Origin: Eledone cirrhosa
Taxonomy: Eukaryota
NCBI GenBank assembly: GCA_964016885.1
Contig: OZ024740.1
Coordinates: 254,634,001 to 254,698,000 of the forward strand
Direction of reading: 5' to 3'
DNA: 64,000 nucleotides
Position 1 is the stretch's first letter. Each line of letters starts with the position of its first letter. Below are positions 15,140 through 29,283 of the stretch, piece by piece. The notes beneath the pieces are model-generated. The model had not been told where the DNA came from. It worked only from the letters and a program-made list of their open reading frames with translations, and ran no database searches. A program made the position numbers and the translations under genes.

Positions 15140-15925
15140 CACTAAAACTATATCGTCGGCAAATTCAGCATCCAATACCTTTTTCGCCCTAACTCTCCTG
15201 CTCTGAGCCGGTGCTACAGTAAAGCCAGAGTCCTGGTGTTTCTCTAGTGCAAGGCGCATACAATAGTTCACTACGATGATAAAAAGGTAGGGAGCCAATG
15301 TATCTCCCTGGAGCACTCCAGCCAGTATCTCAAAGAACTCTGTCATCCCATCAGACTTGGGCTTTGGTGTTCGTGTAGAGCAGTTGATGTGGTTGAGAGG
15401 AAGAGCAAGGCTTGGGCGGCGTGCCACAGCTTGAGATCGGTGTGGAAGTCGGACCTTCGTAGAGACCTGAAAGTCTGCCTCTTCATTGCTGTAGTGGAGT
15501 CTGTGCTGCTGTATGGGTCTGAGACTTGGACACTGACCAAGAAACTCACTCAGATGGTGGATGGGTGCTACACGAGAATGCTGAGGATGGCTCTGAACAT
15601 TAATCAGTATACACTGAGGTTGAAAAAGTCAGAGCTGTATGGGAGCATCCCAAAAGTCAGCTCAAAAGTGACACAGAGGAGACTGAGGTTAGCTGGACAT
15701 GCTCACCGACATCCAGAGTTGACATTGCACTCAGTGCTCCTTTGGGAGCCCCTACATGGACACACTAGAAGAGGAAGACCAAGGTTAATGTATGATGATG
15801 CCCTAAGGACAGACACTGGTCTGTTGGAGACGCAGGAGATGGCAGCGATAATGAGGGACAGAGACCGCTGGAGAGAACTCGTCCATGGATCTCGGGAATT
15901 TTACCCGCCTTAGAATAGAATAGAA
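15136..15925 (+). mobile_element. RTE-group LINE with 5' inversion
   Basis: 15136-~15385 (-) encodes RT motifs GVLQGDTLAPYLF and FADD. 15389-15913 (+) encodes the C-terminus VESVLLYGSETW..RLRLAGH..RRGRP. (TAGAA)n tail. Confidence 0.8.
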
Positions 15926-16246
15926 TATATATATATATATATATATATGGAAAAAATGACATTTCACTTTTCACTCTTAGTACGGCTGACACTTAAATAT
16001 AATATACTAAAAAGCTAGTAACTTGTTCATCGTTCCTTTGTCTTAGTTGAACAAAAGGGCAACGATGGCTGCCGAACACTGTACGGCTTAATTCGGGCTG
16101 TTTGTTTACAAATAAACCGAACAATTATAATAAATGTTCGGTAAACCCATACGTACATATATATATGTGTGCATGTATGTATGTATATACATACTGCTGT
16201 ACATCTGTATACATATATGTATGTACGTATACATACTTATATTTAA

Positions 16247-17752
16247 GCCAAATTCTCCACTCACACTACACTAAACCCATGGCCTCCAAATACCTGATAC
16301 TCAAAAACTCAGCAATGTCCAGTAGTGCTAAGTTTAATATTCTGATCGCAGACTTGGTACGAGTGATGAAGAACGTGTCCCGCATGTGCGACCCAAAAGA
16401 AATGGAAAGACACATCCAACACTTCATCAACCGCATGCAGTTCTCTGGCTACAACCAAAGAGACAGAATTAGAGTATACGAAGGAGCCACGGAGAAGTAT
16501 AAGACCCTCATAAGACTGGACATGAAAGGAATTTTCCCATTATACAGGAGCAAATCGTGGAACAGCTTAGATAGGACTAGCCATAAGATAGGGAAAGCCA
16601 CCTCATGGTACGACAACCAGAGATACCAGAGTGTCATGTTCGTGGACGCTACCCCTGGAGGGAAATTAGCTAACCAGTGTAGAAAGGCCCTGAAAAAGAC
16701 CCACTTAAAGATTAAGGTGGTAGAAAAGCCAGGAACCACCATAAAATCCCTGATCAGCAAAACCTACCCTTTTAAGAAAACCCACTGTACTAATAGGAAA
16801 TGTATCATATGTAAAGTAAACCCCCGGATAAACTGTAAAACTAGAAACGTAGTCTATAGCATAAGATGTACAGAGGGTACTTGCAGAAACATGACAACAA
16901 CATACATAGACGAGACAGCTCGAAGCATAGGTGAAAAGATAGACCAACACTGGGGGGAACTAAAAGGACGAAAAAATGGTTCAGTACTATACGAACACGC
17001 CAGTCAACAACACGACGGTAGCATAGACAACATAGAAATTAAAATAATATCTAAACATAGAAATGACCCAGCAGATAGGCAAATCAGAGAGGCCAGCGAA
17101 ATAGGCAAATCAGAGAGGCCAGCGAAATAGAACTTAGAAGGCCAAAGCTAAACAGAAAAAAGGAGTGGAATAACAACAACACCCAAACAAACAATACTGG
17201 CCTAAGAGAAGTATAAATAAATAAATAAATAAATACATACATACACAAGCACAATAAGAACAAACACATATAAACAGACACTAGTAAACTAAGATAGAAT
17301 ACAATAACCAAAACACAGTCACCCAAACACAAACACACCACAAACACTATACACACGCAAACGCATGCGCAGAGAAGAAGACAAAAATAAATAAATAAAT
17401 AAACGGATTAAATAAAGATGGCGTAGACATATAATACAACAGGAGGAAACATAATAGCAACACGGACGATGTTGCAGATGTGCAACGAAAGAACTTTGAT
17501 AGACTATATATATGTGTTTGTGTCTATATTGTATCTGTATTTTTGACCGTTGGTCAGTCAATGGTAACATTGAGGACAGAGTAAATTAAATTAACTGATA
17601 TAAAAGACACAGAAGCGAAAACCAACCAAACAGTGAGTGTGTTCTGTTATTAATTCTGGCAATATTATTACACAAATATGACCCCCCCCCCCCCCCAAGT
17701 ATAACAATATTTGTTTCGACACACGATTTCATATCAAAAACCTCGCAAAACT
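16247..17752 (+). mobile_element. 5'-truncated family A PLE
   Basis: QILHSHYTKPMAS..GIY-YIG EN. A 26-nt tandem duplication at ~17075-17130 frameshifts the end. pLTR carries a mutated HHR at 17463-17500. Confidence 0.9.
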
Positions 17753-17825
17753 ATATAATTATATATATATATATATATATAAATAATTATATAAATATAT
17801 AGATATATGATTATATATTATATAT

Positions 17826-18312
17826 AGAAAAGCTTCTACAGGACTAGAACTGTTTCATTCGTGAGAAATCATCAGGAAGATGACTGTCCAAGTAAATCTG
17901 GTGGTATTTATATATTTTCTTATCTGGTGGTAGGAGAGGGTGGGGATTGGGATGGGTGGAGGTCATTGGTTGATGGATTTAAAGAAAAGGGAGTTCATTA
18001 AAAGCTAATTCTTTAAAGCTATAATATTAACAAAGGCAGAAGGAATACTGTAAACAGATTCAGATTGGAATAACAATCCTTGTTTATCTCTTAAACTAAC
18101 AATGCCTGTAAGACAGGTGTCTACAGGATGGGTAGGGTTCTTTGGTTTAAAGAAAAGGGAAATTCTTTAGAAGCTAATTCTTTAAGGTTGAAATTAGGGT
18201 GACAAAGGCAGAAAGAATCTATAAATAGATTCAAGTGTTGGGGTGCTTCCGCTTATTGTGAAGTTTCTCTTAATATATATTCCAGGTGTCAACAAGCACA
18301 TTCACACACGCG
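17826..18312 (-). mobile_element. Young non-coding HHR-bearing element (copy 1)
   Basis: Nearly identical reverse complement of 37448-37937; HHR at 17833-17879. Confidence 0.8.
17833..17879 (-). ncRNA. Type I hammerhead ribozyme with extended stem III
   Basis: cttc-CTGATGA-tttc tcac gaat-GAAAC-AG ttctagtc CT-GTA-gaag. Confidence 0.82.
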
Positions 18313-18508
18313 CGCACACGCAACAAACACATAAATATATACACACATATATATACATATATATATACATACACATTCATAAACACACATATATATACAT
18401 ATATATACATATATATATATATATAAATATATATATATAAATATATATATACACACACACACAAACATACATATACATATATACACATACACACATACAT
18501 TCATATAT

Positions 18509-18539
<31 letters not shown>

Positions 18540-18598
18540 CATATATATACACACACATACATACACATATACACATATACACACATACACACACACAC

Positions 18599-18634
<36 letters not shown>

Positions 18635-18972
18635 TATATATATATACATATACATATATATACATATATATATACACATCTACACGTACATACATACATA
18701 TACACACCTGCACGTACATACATACGAACACAGACATATACACAAGTATAAACATACACACACATATATATATACATACACACACACACATATATACATA
18801 TATATATACACTCATGCATACACACACACACGCCCACATACATACGTACACATATACATACATATATACACACGCACACACACATATATATATATATATA
18901 CATACATACAATACATATACACACATTTATATATTATATATACACATATATATAAATATATAAATAAATACA

Positions 18973-19088
<116 letters not shown>

Positions 19089-19152
19089 TACACATACATA
19101 CACATATACGCATATACATGCGTATACACACACATATATACGCACATACACA

Positions 19153-21105
19153 GAGGATCGCAAGGGAAACTTCCTCAACAAACGATCAGTCAGATTTATC
19201 AACCCCACACGTTCGGACATCGGCTCTATCAGCAAAAAGATCTTCGATAGAGCTCTACCATCATTGTGGGCTGCCTCACCACTCCCACTCTAGAACAGAA
19301 CATCTGAGGTTATCTCTTGGTTCTAAGAATTGCCCGACAAACGTCACACTCGCTTCCTGCAACTCGACATAGAAGACTACTATGCTTCTATCTCAGAGCC
19401 CCTCCTGAAGGACGCACTTACTTTTGCCAGGAATTTTACCACCATAACCGACGCTAAGCAAGATGTAATCCTCCACGCCCGTAAGACCTTTCTACACCAC
19501 GAGGGATCTTACTGGATCAACAAGAAGTCTCAGACCCCCTTTGACGTCAGCATGGGAGCGGCTGAAATAAGCAACCTCGTGGGCCTGTGCATTTTACATC
19601 ACCTGAAGAACCTCTTTACTGGCCTCACCGGAGGATTATACCGAGACGACGGCCTCTTTGCTTTGCACAAGGTTAACCCCAGAACCACTGATGGGTTTCG
19701 GAGAAACTTAAACTCGTTCTTCTGTAATCTAGAATTTAGTATAACCATAGAATCTAATATGACTAGGGGCAACTTTTTAGATGTCACTCTCGACCTAGAT
19801 ACTTTCCTCTATTACCCGTACCACAAATCTAACGAGTCCCTTAGATATATTAACGTTAATTCTAACCACCCCAAAAACATCACAGATAACTTAGTAAAAA
19901 GCGTCTCAATTAGAATCTCCGGCCTCTCAGCCAATGAAGATATATTTAACGCCACTGTCTCCTACTACAATGACGCCCTCACTCGCAGCGGATTTAAAGA
20001 AAAGATAACTTACCTAGAAACCACCCCAAGACTACCTAGGAGGAATAGGCATAGGATAGGCAGATTAGTTGGTACAACCCCTACCCTTCAATAGAGAGGT
20101 CTCTACACCTATAGCTAGGACTTTTTTCATTTTGCTGAACACACACTTCCTCATACAACATAGGTACTACACCATCCTCAATAAGAACACAATAAGACTC
20201 TCCTACTCCACTACACCTAACCTAGCTAGGAATATAGCCAATCTCAATTTTAAAAAATTAAATAAGCCTACTACCTCCGAACCCAATCCCCGAAGCTTGT
20301 GCAACTGCCTAAATAAGGAAGCCTGCACACTTGAAAACAAATGCCTGACAAATGACATCGTATACAAATGTGATGTCATCTCAGGCACCGATGATGGCAA
20401 CAACAAAAGACTTACATCGTCATGACTTCCAAAAATTTTAAGACCCGGTGGTATGCCCATACCCACTCTTTCAGAAGACAGGACAAATCAAATCAGACAA
20501 CACTCGCCTCCTATGTCTGGGACCTCAAAAGGAACTCCACCCCCCTTCACGCTTAAATGGAAAATACTCCAGATACTCCAGAAAGCGCGCTCATACAAGG
20601 GAGGACACAAGTGCTGCGACTTTTGTATTTCAGAGAGCTACGAAATATTATTTGCCAAGGACACGCTACTGAACAAACTCTCTGAACACTGCCCGAATTG
20701 CATGGACAAAAACTTTGCAACTTTCAAATACCTTAAACCAGTGTTGATGCCAGATGGCTAAAAAAAAATTTCCCTTTTTTTTTTTAAAACCCACTCGACA
20801 AAATACCCCCTCCACCCCATCTACACCCTTCCCACCCTACCCCTACCCCCTCTCGACCAGAAACACGGCACTATGGTTATGTAAGTACTTCTTACCTATC
20901 TGCTTTTTCCACATGTAGAGCGTTCTTCATCTTTATATTGTATGTGTGTGTATATGTGTCTATTTATGAGTGTATGTATGTAAGTAGTTGTATGAGTGGC
21001 CGTATGTATATATGTATGTGTATGTTTGTGTGTATGTGCGTATATATGTATGGGTATATGCATGTATGTGCGTATATGTGTGTGTGTTTATATATATTGT
21101 TATAC
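19153..21105 (+). mobile_element. Hydra-clade-like PLE, frameshifted, 5'-truncated
   Basis: RT: [36 protein letters not shown]. Linker CNC..C.L...CL..IVYKC. C-terminus LKWKIL..CDFC..E..LNK.SE..C. Confidence 0.88.
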
Positions 21106-23998
21106 TTTGGGAGTGTCATGTTGCCAATAAGAAACACACGTTGCTTTCACTTCAATTTATTATAAATTTCCGGTTGGTTGGTTGGTTCCACAACCGGATA
21201 GTTGTTCATATACTGTCAAAGTTGTTTCGTCACACATTCTGTGACCTCTTCAGTGATTGGGGATTCTTTTCATTGTTTTGTGCCTCTCCTTTGTTCTGTT
21301 CTACGCCATCTTGTTGTTGTGTGTGTTATGTGCTTAGTTTGCGCATGCGTTAAACTAAGCACACAGCGGGTCGATGAACAAACAGAAGCACAATTTAATA
21401 TAGCTAGATCTAAACTTAGAAATATTATAGAACAGTATAGCAAGAAACAAAATAGAATGGAGGCCCAGCAACTGGGAGAAAAATCCGCAAATGGCTTGCG
21501 TAAACTCATGCAGCACTCACGTAATGGAGAGATTGCATGCTTTCCAACAGACAAGTCTGGCAGAATGTCGGTTGACAGCCTGCCAAACTACATCCAGGCA
21601 ATGCAACCCCACATCACTAACACAAGAGAAGTAACATCACAAGAGCATGAGGATAGGGAGAAAACCCTCAACGCTCATATGATGATGTGGACAAACATAA
21701 TGCAGCCCAATAAACGGACTGCCAACAACTTTCAGGCCTGGAACAATGACGTGCCAGCGTTGTATGGGCTTCGAAAAGACCATAAGACGAACAGTGACCC
21801 AGTCATAAGACCACCAACACGGCCAGTCTGTGGAGCTAACATTGCTAGCAACTACAGACTTTCCTACTTCCTCTCCCTGATCGTACGCCCCATCATTGAA
21901 ATGTCCCCAGATATATGTGACAGCACGGAGGACCTCCTCAGCAGAATCAGCGAAAATAACCTGTCTAGGGACCTAACAGACTGTATAATAGGTAGTATGG
22001 ATGTAGTGTCCCTATACCTATCCATTGACGTGGACTTTGCTGTGGAGAAATGCGTGGAAATGATCAGTGAGAGCAATGTTGAATTCCGTGGGACTCCTAC
22101 TTAAACTCACATATAATAATGATTACCTAGATACGTATGACCTTAACAACCTCTGCCCCACAAGGCCAGCAAGAGGCAGACCACCTACCATTACTTTAAT
22201 GGCCAAGAAAACCCACACAGAAAGATGGAACGGGTGGACCAGAGCCATACGGACTCCCAAAAACCATGATGAAATAAAGAAAATGATTGCACATGCGGTG
22301 GGGGCCAGTATAAAACTAACCCTTAAGGAACATATGTTCATATTTAATGGAAAAACATATGCCCAAGAGGAGGGAGCAGCCATTGGCGTTAGCATTGCAG
22401 ATGACATAGCTAACCTATTTATGGTATGGTGGGACAATAAACTTAAGAAACAATTAGAAGACAACAATCTCTTAACTCTGATAATGTACTCCTGCTACGT
22501 TGGTGATATAAATATCGTAGTAAAAAAAAACCCCACTAGAGAACAGTCAGGAATTAGAGAAAAACGCCATAGAAAGCATCCAACAAATAGCTAACTCCAT
22601 CCACCAGAGTATCAAAGTTACTATAGACTACCCAAGCAAACACCCCGACCATCGATTACACAGAGCTCTAGTTAGAAACCATTAATAACAAAAAACAAAT
22701 CCTCCATTCCTATTACGCCAAACCCATGACTTCCAAATACCTGATCCACCGAAACTCAGCTGTTTCGGATCACACCAAAATCAACATACTGATTGCGGAT
22801 TTAATAAGGGTGATGAGGAACGTGTCCCGCATGTGCAACCCCAAAGAACTAGAGAGACACATACAACACTTCATCCACCGTATGCAGTTCTCTGGTTACA
22901 ATCAGACAGATAAAATCAGAGTATATAGAGGAGCCAGAACCAAATGGGAAAAAATGATAAATAATGATACAAATGGGACCTGCCCCTTGTATAGGAGAAC
23001 ATTTTGGAATAGAATAGAAAGAACTAGGAATAAGGTTATTAAAATAAACTCATGGTATGAGTGTAATGTTCATCAATACAACCCCTAGAGGTGAACTAGC
23101 TTACAAATTTAGAAGGGCCCTAGATAAACTTAAACTAAATATTAAGATAGTGGAAAGACCAGGTACCTCCATAAAAACACTTATTAGTAATACATACCCT
23201 TTTCAAAGACCTCACTGTATAGAAAAGAAATGCATAATCTGTAAACTAAGCCCCCATATTAACTGTAAAACTAGAAACATAGTATATAGCATAAGATGTA
23301 CTGAGGGACAATGTAAAGATAAGAATATAATGTACATAGGTGAGACAGCTCGTAGCATAGGAGAACGACTAAATGAACACTGGCGAGAACTTCAAGATAG
23401 AAAAGACTCTTCAGTACTCCACCAACATGCTAAAGTAGAACATAAGGGCAAATTAGAGAACATAGAAATAAAAATAAAATCTACACACAGAAAAGACGCA
23501 ATGTTTAGACAAATCACAGAGGCAATAAACATAAATGAACTCCAACCAGAATTAAATAGAAAACATGAATGGAATAGCAACATCACAACTTATAATTAAG
23601 GACAAAATGAAAACACACACACATAGAACAAACAACTAACAAGTAACATGTAAATAAACAAATAAAAACACACACAGACACTCGGATGTAACGCATGCGC
23701 AAACTAAGCACACAACACACACAAAAACAAGATGGTGTAGAACAGAACAAAGGAGAGGCACAAAACAAAGAAAAGAATCCCCAGTCACTGAAGAGGTCAC
23801 AGAATGTGTGACGAAAGAACTTTGACAATATATGAACAACCACCCGGTTGTGGAACCAACCAACCAACCGGAAATTTATAATAAAAGCAATTGGTGCGTG
23901 TGTTTCTTATTGGCAACATGACCCTCCCAAAGCATAACAATATCGGTTTCAACACACGTTTTCAGATAAAGAATCTTGCTAAACAAATTCAGAAACAA
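21105..23998 (+). mobile_element. Family A' PLE (RT plus GIY-YIG, frameshifted) with inverted pLTR at its 5' end
   Basis: PTDKSG, LYGLRKDHK, SMDVVSLY.SI, GAAIG, YIGETARS. 21105-21349 is the reverse complement of the 3' pLTR (23690-23935). Confidence 0.92.
23784..23826 (+). ncRNA. Minimal hammerhead motif (family A' pLTR)
   Basis: gtca-CTGAAGA-G-GTCAC agaatgt GTGAC-GAAA-GAAC-TT-tgac; inverted copy at 21215-21257 (-). Confidence 0.7.
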
Positions 23999-24002
23999 AA
24001 TG

Positions 24003-24075
<73 letters not shown>

Positions 24076-24451
24076 GGAGGCTTAGTAAAATCGGATCTTG
24101 GCGGTGTGCAAGCAAATTCGACCTACGATATGAATGAGTTAGCAAAGCACTCGACAAGGTAGGTCATCAGAGTAATAACATACGTTTAAATAGCTTGACA
24201 AATTGAACATTGTGGTAGGCAAAATCTAACACACAATACCAAAGTAATGAAAGAACTAACAGGTTGAAAAAATACACCTAATATATATATAGTTAGGGAA
24301 ATATACTTATATATATATAGTTAGGGAAGCATAACATTGCTTATTGTGATCCAGTTCGTGGTTAAGAAAGCCAGTTTCATGGACGGTTTCAACGTACGGT
24401 TAGGGGTAACTCCACAAGTTTATAAGAATTCCGTTCAATCTTGGAGTATAA

Positions 24452-24890
24452 AGTATAAAAGAGAAAACACAGGTAAGCATTAAAAAAAGGATTTTATCCA
24501 GGTATTTACGACCATTTCATTGGTAAGTGCAACCTTATATTGCTATACTGCAAATAGCAGCCACTCAATAGTAATTGTTGTTCACGTCCAAATTTTCAAA
24601 ATAGTGAGTAAGTTACTCTTAAACAGTTCTTAATATATAGAAAAACATTTTTTTGGAATTGTATTTACTAGTATAGAGAGAGAGGAAGAGGAATTTGAAA
24701 GTGGAGGGACAAACGGAATAGTATAGAGAGAGGGGAAGGGGGGAGAAGAATTAGGAAGTAGAATGACAAACTGAGATGGAGGGAGGGGTAGAGGTGGAAG
24801 GATTCCTTGATCAGTTTTGATACGTAGACTTCATGTCGTCGATTTATAGTGTAGTGAGTTAAAGAGAATTAAATTGTTTATAGTGGGAGG

Positions 24891-24967
<77 letters not shown>

Positions 24968-27525
24968 GTGGGGAGAGATAGAGAGATAAATATATATATA
25001 AAAAATAAAAATAAAATAAAGAAGGGGGGTGAAAGAAGAAAAGAAAAGATAGCCCAAAGGAAGAAAACGAAAAGAAATAGAAAAGGAATGAAGGAGAAGG
25101 GATGGATATAGGTATTGGTTTTTGCGGGTAATTAAAGGGGTTAGATAGAATAAGAGGGTAGAAAGTCTAAGTATATGCAGTTTGTCAGGTGGTAAGAGGT
25201 TAAGGGTTCGATTTGCACTTGTAGTGCGAACACTTTTCTTTGAGTCTATGGTTACAATAAATTGATCTTTCGATTTTATTGTTGAGTAACTTATTCTTCG
25301 AACTCAAAATGTGGAACAGCTCAAGGTCACATAATTGACAGCTTCTCATACCACTCCGATATGGGGGCGCGTTGGATAATTTTTTCCACTTCAGGGTGTA
25401 TTGATGGTTACTTTCCCTCAGTTGCCAGGTCTTGTTTGCAAGGATAGTTACATAACTGGGAATGTTTCATTGCGTAACGGTATGTATACCAACGAGCTTT
25501 AAATGTATTCCCAGTCGCTCCGATGTAATACCATTTCTGGTTGTCTAATTCTACTGTGCATTGGTAAACCAGGTTAGACTGCATACATTCATTATGTAAT
25601 GGACAGGTTTCAGGTAGGTGGCAGTTACAATTCTTGTCATGGGCAACTTTGGCATTATTGGTGGGCTGCGATGCCTGTACAGGTGTGTTAAGTTTTGTTT
25701 TCCTATTAGTGGGTGGTTGTGTATTAGATATTCTGTTGTGTTCAATGGTGGTTGTATTGTTATTGTTATAAATTTGTGTTTTGGTCTTGTTATGTATCTT
25801 TTTAGCGTTAAGCATCTTAATGTGTGCCTCTATGTTTGGTGCCGTGGAGTAAGATAGTCTAATAGATTTAGTGTTAAGGATTTTGCTGTATCTATGTGAA
25901 TCTGGAAAGTGCTTATTTATTATTCTAAAGAAGGTAGAGGGTAGGTTAGTACTAATAGAGGTGATAAATATGGGGTTATACCAAATATATTTTCTACTGC
26001 GTGACTTGTTTGATTTCGATGTTGTATTTCTATTTACAGTATAATTTGTAGTTCTATGCGTAAATGCGTGTGTGCGTGTGTTTCTGGAGTTTGTGTTATG
26101 CGTGTTCGTGTGCGCTTTGCGGAGGCTCACATCTATATATTCTACTCTATCTAAGTGGCCTGCCTTGTCTAGTGCGGTATTGTAGTACTCTGCATGTTCC
26201 TCGAAGATTTGTCGGTTAGACGAGAGGCGGGAGATCCTAAGGGATATGCTGCGTGGAACGGATTTAATTATGGATAGTGGGTGGTTCGAATTACAGTTGA
26301 TGAATGCTAAGTTTTCATTAATCTTGCGAAAAGGTCTTATAAGTCCCGTATTTAGGTTAAGCGTTGCGTCTAGAAAGTTAACTATTTTAGTGCTATATTC
26401 ATACGTTATGCTAAGGCCTAGTTTTCCGATAGTCTTTCTATTATTCTTACGCAGTCTTTCTATGCTCTGGTTATTTAGGTTCTTAACTAGGAGAAGGGCG
26501 TCGTCTCTGTAGATTCTACCGTGAAGGTCGCAAAACTCACTCTGTAAACTATGGGCTATGTAAATGCCTACTAAATCTGTGACTTGAGCCGAGTCGTTAG
26601 CCCCCATCGTGATGTCAACGTTATTTAATCTATCCTTACGTTCCCAATAGGCGTTTTCAAATTTAATTATTGTTTTCCTAGCAGCTAATATAATTTTTAT
26701 CTCGTCGTCTGTTAGGTCAGAATTGGCTTTGGCGAATGCTAAGGCTTTATCCAAGGTGTTGGGGGATATAGAGGAGTAATAGTCGTTAATGTCAAATTAT
26801 ATAAACTTAGATACTTTTTTGTTAGCTATATTGTTAAACCATTTAATTGTTTCGGTAGTGTTACCCCATAGTTTAATCACTAGTTTATTCTTCATTTGTG
26901 TTATCACTCTGTCTAATATATGTTTACTAATTTTCCCAATGTCTGATTTGGACGGGCATATAAGTCTAATTGTGGGGTTATAATCAAAATTTACCTTGTG
27001 GTCCTTGAAATTAAATGAGGGGGTACATGTCCTAAGTGGCTCCGTTCTGTCCTCTATTCCTAGGTGTTTGACTATATTGTGTGCCTCGTTGTTGATGTTT
27101 ATCAGTGCCGTCTCGTTAGTTTTTTTGTATTTCCTATGTAATTCTTTCCGTATGAAGCTATTGTATGTATTAATATCCATCGTATACACATTTGAGGTTT
27201 TGTCCGCTTTGACAATAATTCCATTGGTAGTTCGCAGCTTTTTTAGGAATGTATTCATGTCATTCTGGAGTTTATTATTCCTCCGCTTTTTGAATTTGAT
27301 ATTCATAATCATCTCCAGTAAGTCCTGTTCAAAGGCATCCAATTGAGGGTTGGTAGGTGGGTTCCTACATGATTTGTCGCATTCCACGGTGCGATCGTTA
27401 CGTGAACAACAATTATTATTGAGTGGCTGCTATTTGCAGTATAGCAATATAAGGTTGCACTTACCAATGAAACGGTCATAAATACCTGGATAAAATCCTT
27501 TTTTTTAATGCTTACCTGTGTTTTC

Positions 27526-27530
<5 letters not shown>
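24452..27530 (-). mobile_element. Hydra-clade-like PLE with inverted 5' pLTR
   Basis: ADKTSN.Y, DITMGANDSAQVTDLVG, IYRDD, FLDATL, NCNC..CPL..C...LVYQC..YYIGAT..FKARW. 27401-27530 inverts 24457-24587. Confidence 0.9.
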
Positions 27531-27576
<46 letters not shown>

Positions 27577-27589
27577 CATATATATATAT

Positions 27590-27659
<70 letters not shown>

Positions 27660-27710
27660 TTATTTATGTATTTATATATATATGTATATATATATATATA
27701 TATGTATCTA

Positions 27711-27790
<80 letters not shown>

Positions 27791-27825
27791 TGTATGTATG
27801 TATGTATGTATGTATGTATGTATAT

Positions 27826-28428
27826 GTCAGGTCACCAGTTGGTGCTACATGTATCCCAGTACAACCTGTCTCATGGTCGGGTCGGTGGCGACTAAACTGG
27901 CAACCCCGCCAAGGTTTCTTGGTGAGGAGGGTGACTTTGGACATCCTGCAGGACTAAAAACAAAACCTGTCAAAGGGCAAAGGAGCTCTTAAGAGTCAAT
28001 GGCCATCCAAAATCACCGGGAGAGATGACCCCTTAGCCTTTGTCAAGGCAGAATTCTAGGAGAAGGAAAACTCTGATATAACACCTGCAACCCTGATGGT
28101 ATCCAATGATGTTGACTTGTTTTTCTTTTTGGTATATATCATCTTGGTTAAGAGAGTGGGACTGGCTTTGTGCAGTGCCTTTGCTCACTATAAAAGCTTC
28201 ACGGCACAGGCATTGCTTTATATCTGGAGATCTCTCTGCACTTGTCGTCACATGGTACTATGGGCCCAGCACTGTGTGTCAATAATTGTCACAAGTGTAC
28301 TGTTTGTACCAGAGTTTTCAAGTCACTGGCTGGACTAAAAAGTCACACTTGTTCAGCGCATTGGTAGGAGTTCTCCTACATGGATATAAAGTAGTGGCCG
28401 TACTCGAAAACGAGTTGGCAGCCACCAT
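27826..28428 (+). mobile_element. Non-autonomous RTE-derived element (5' UTR-like part plus 3' Zn-finger/tail)
   Basis: Ends HKCTVCTRVFKSLAGLKSH, then the tail GTGGCCGTACTCGAAAACGAGTTGGCAGCCACCAT, similar to the tails at 8280 (-) and 38952 (-). Confidence 0.55.
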
Positions 28429-28626
28429 GTATATGTATATATGTATGTGTGTACGTGTGTATATATGTATGTATATGTCTACGTATGTATGTGTGTGTGT
28501 GTATGCATGAGTGTATATATATATATGTGTGTGTGTGTGTGTATGTATGCATATATATGTGTGTGTATGTTTATACTTGTGTATATGTCTGTGTTCGTAT
28601 GTATATGTATGTACGTGTAGGTGTGA

Positions 28627-28719
<93 letters not shown>

Positions 28720-28723
<4 letters not shown>

Positions 28724-29234
28724 CGAAAAAGTGAAGAATAACATGGTGAACAGTACAAAAAAGGGGATTTATTTACAGTCTAACAATTGTTTCTCTGATT
28801 AAGTTGTCTAAAAATTGCTGAACACTAGAAGCAGTGCCACTCAATTTCAAATACGATGCTAGCTCGATCAGATCATCAGAAACTGTTACAAAATATATAT
28901 ATAACCGGCAAATTTACAAATTCAAATTACATCATCAATAATAATATTAATAATAAAGATAGAGAGGGAAAAAAAGAAAGCAAGTGAGATAGATAAAGGA
29001 AAGAAAGAGAGAAAAATAAAAATAAAAATAAAAATAAAAAGAGAAACAGAAAGAAGAAGAAAAAGGAAAAATGAATAGAGAAAAATATAGAGAGAAGAAA
29101 ATATATGGATAAATGATGATAGAAAGATGAGAGACATGCATAAGGAGAAATAACGTAGGAGAGAAAGAGCAATAGAGGGAAAATAATGATATCAACAATA
29201 AATGAATAAACGTTAATACATGAATAAATGTAAC

Positions 29235-29283
<49 letters not shown>

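Noticed and set aside
24495-24605. Hammerhead in the pLTR of the 24452-27530 PLE
   Set aside because: The 3' half is recognisable but the core is degenerate (TTGAAAA); not called as an intact ribozyme.
27850-28090. Possible HDV-like ribozyme at an RTE-type 5' end
   Set aside because: I could not assign the nested double-pseudoknot pairings by eye; it would need a descriptor search.
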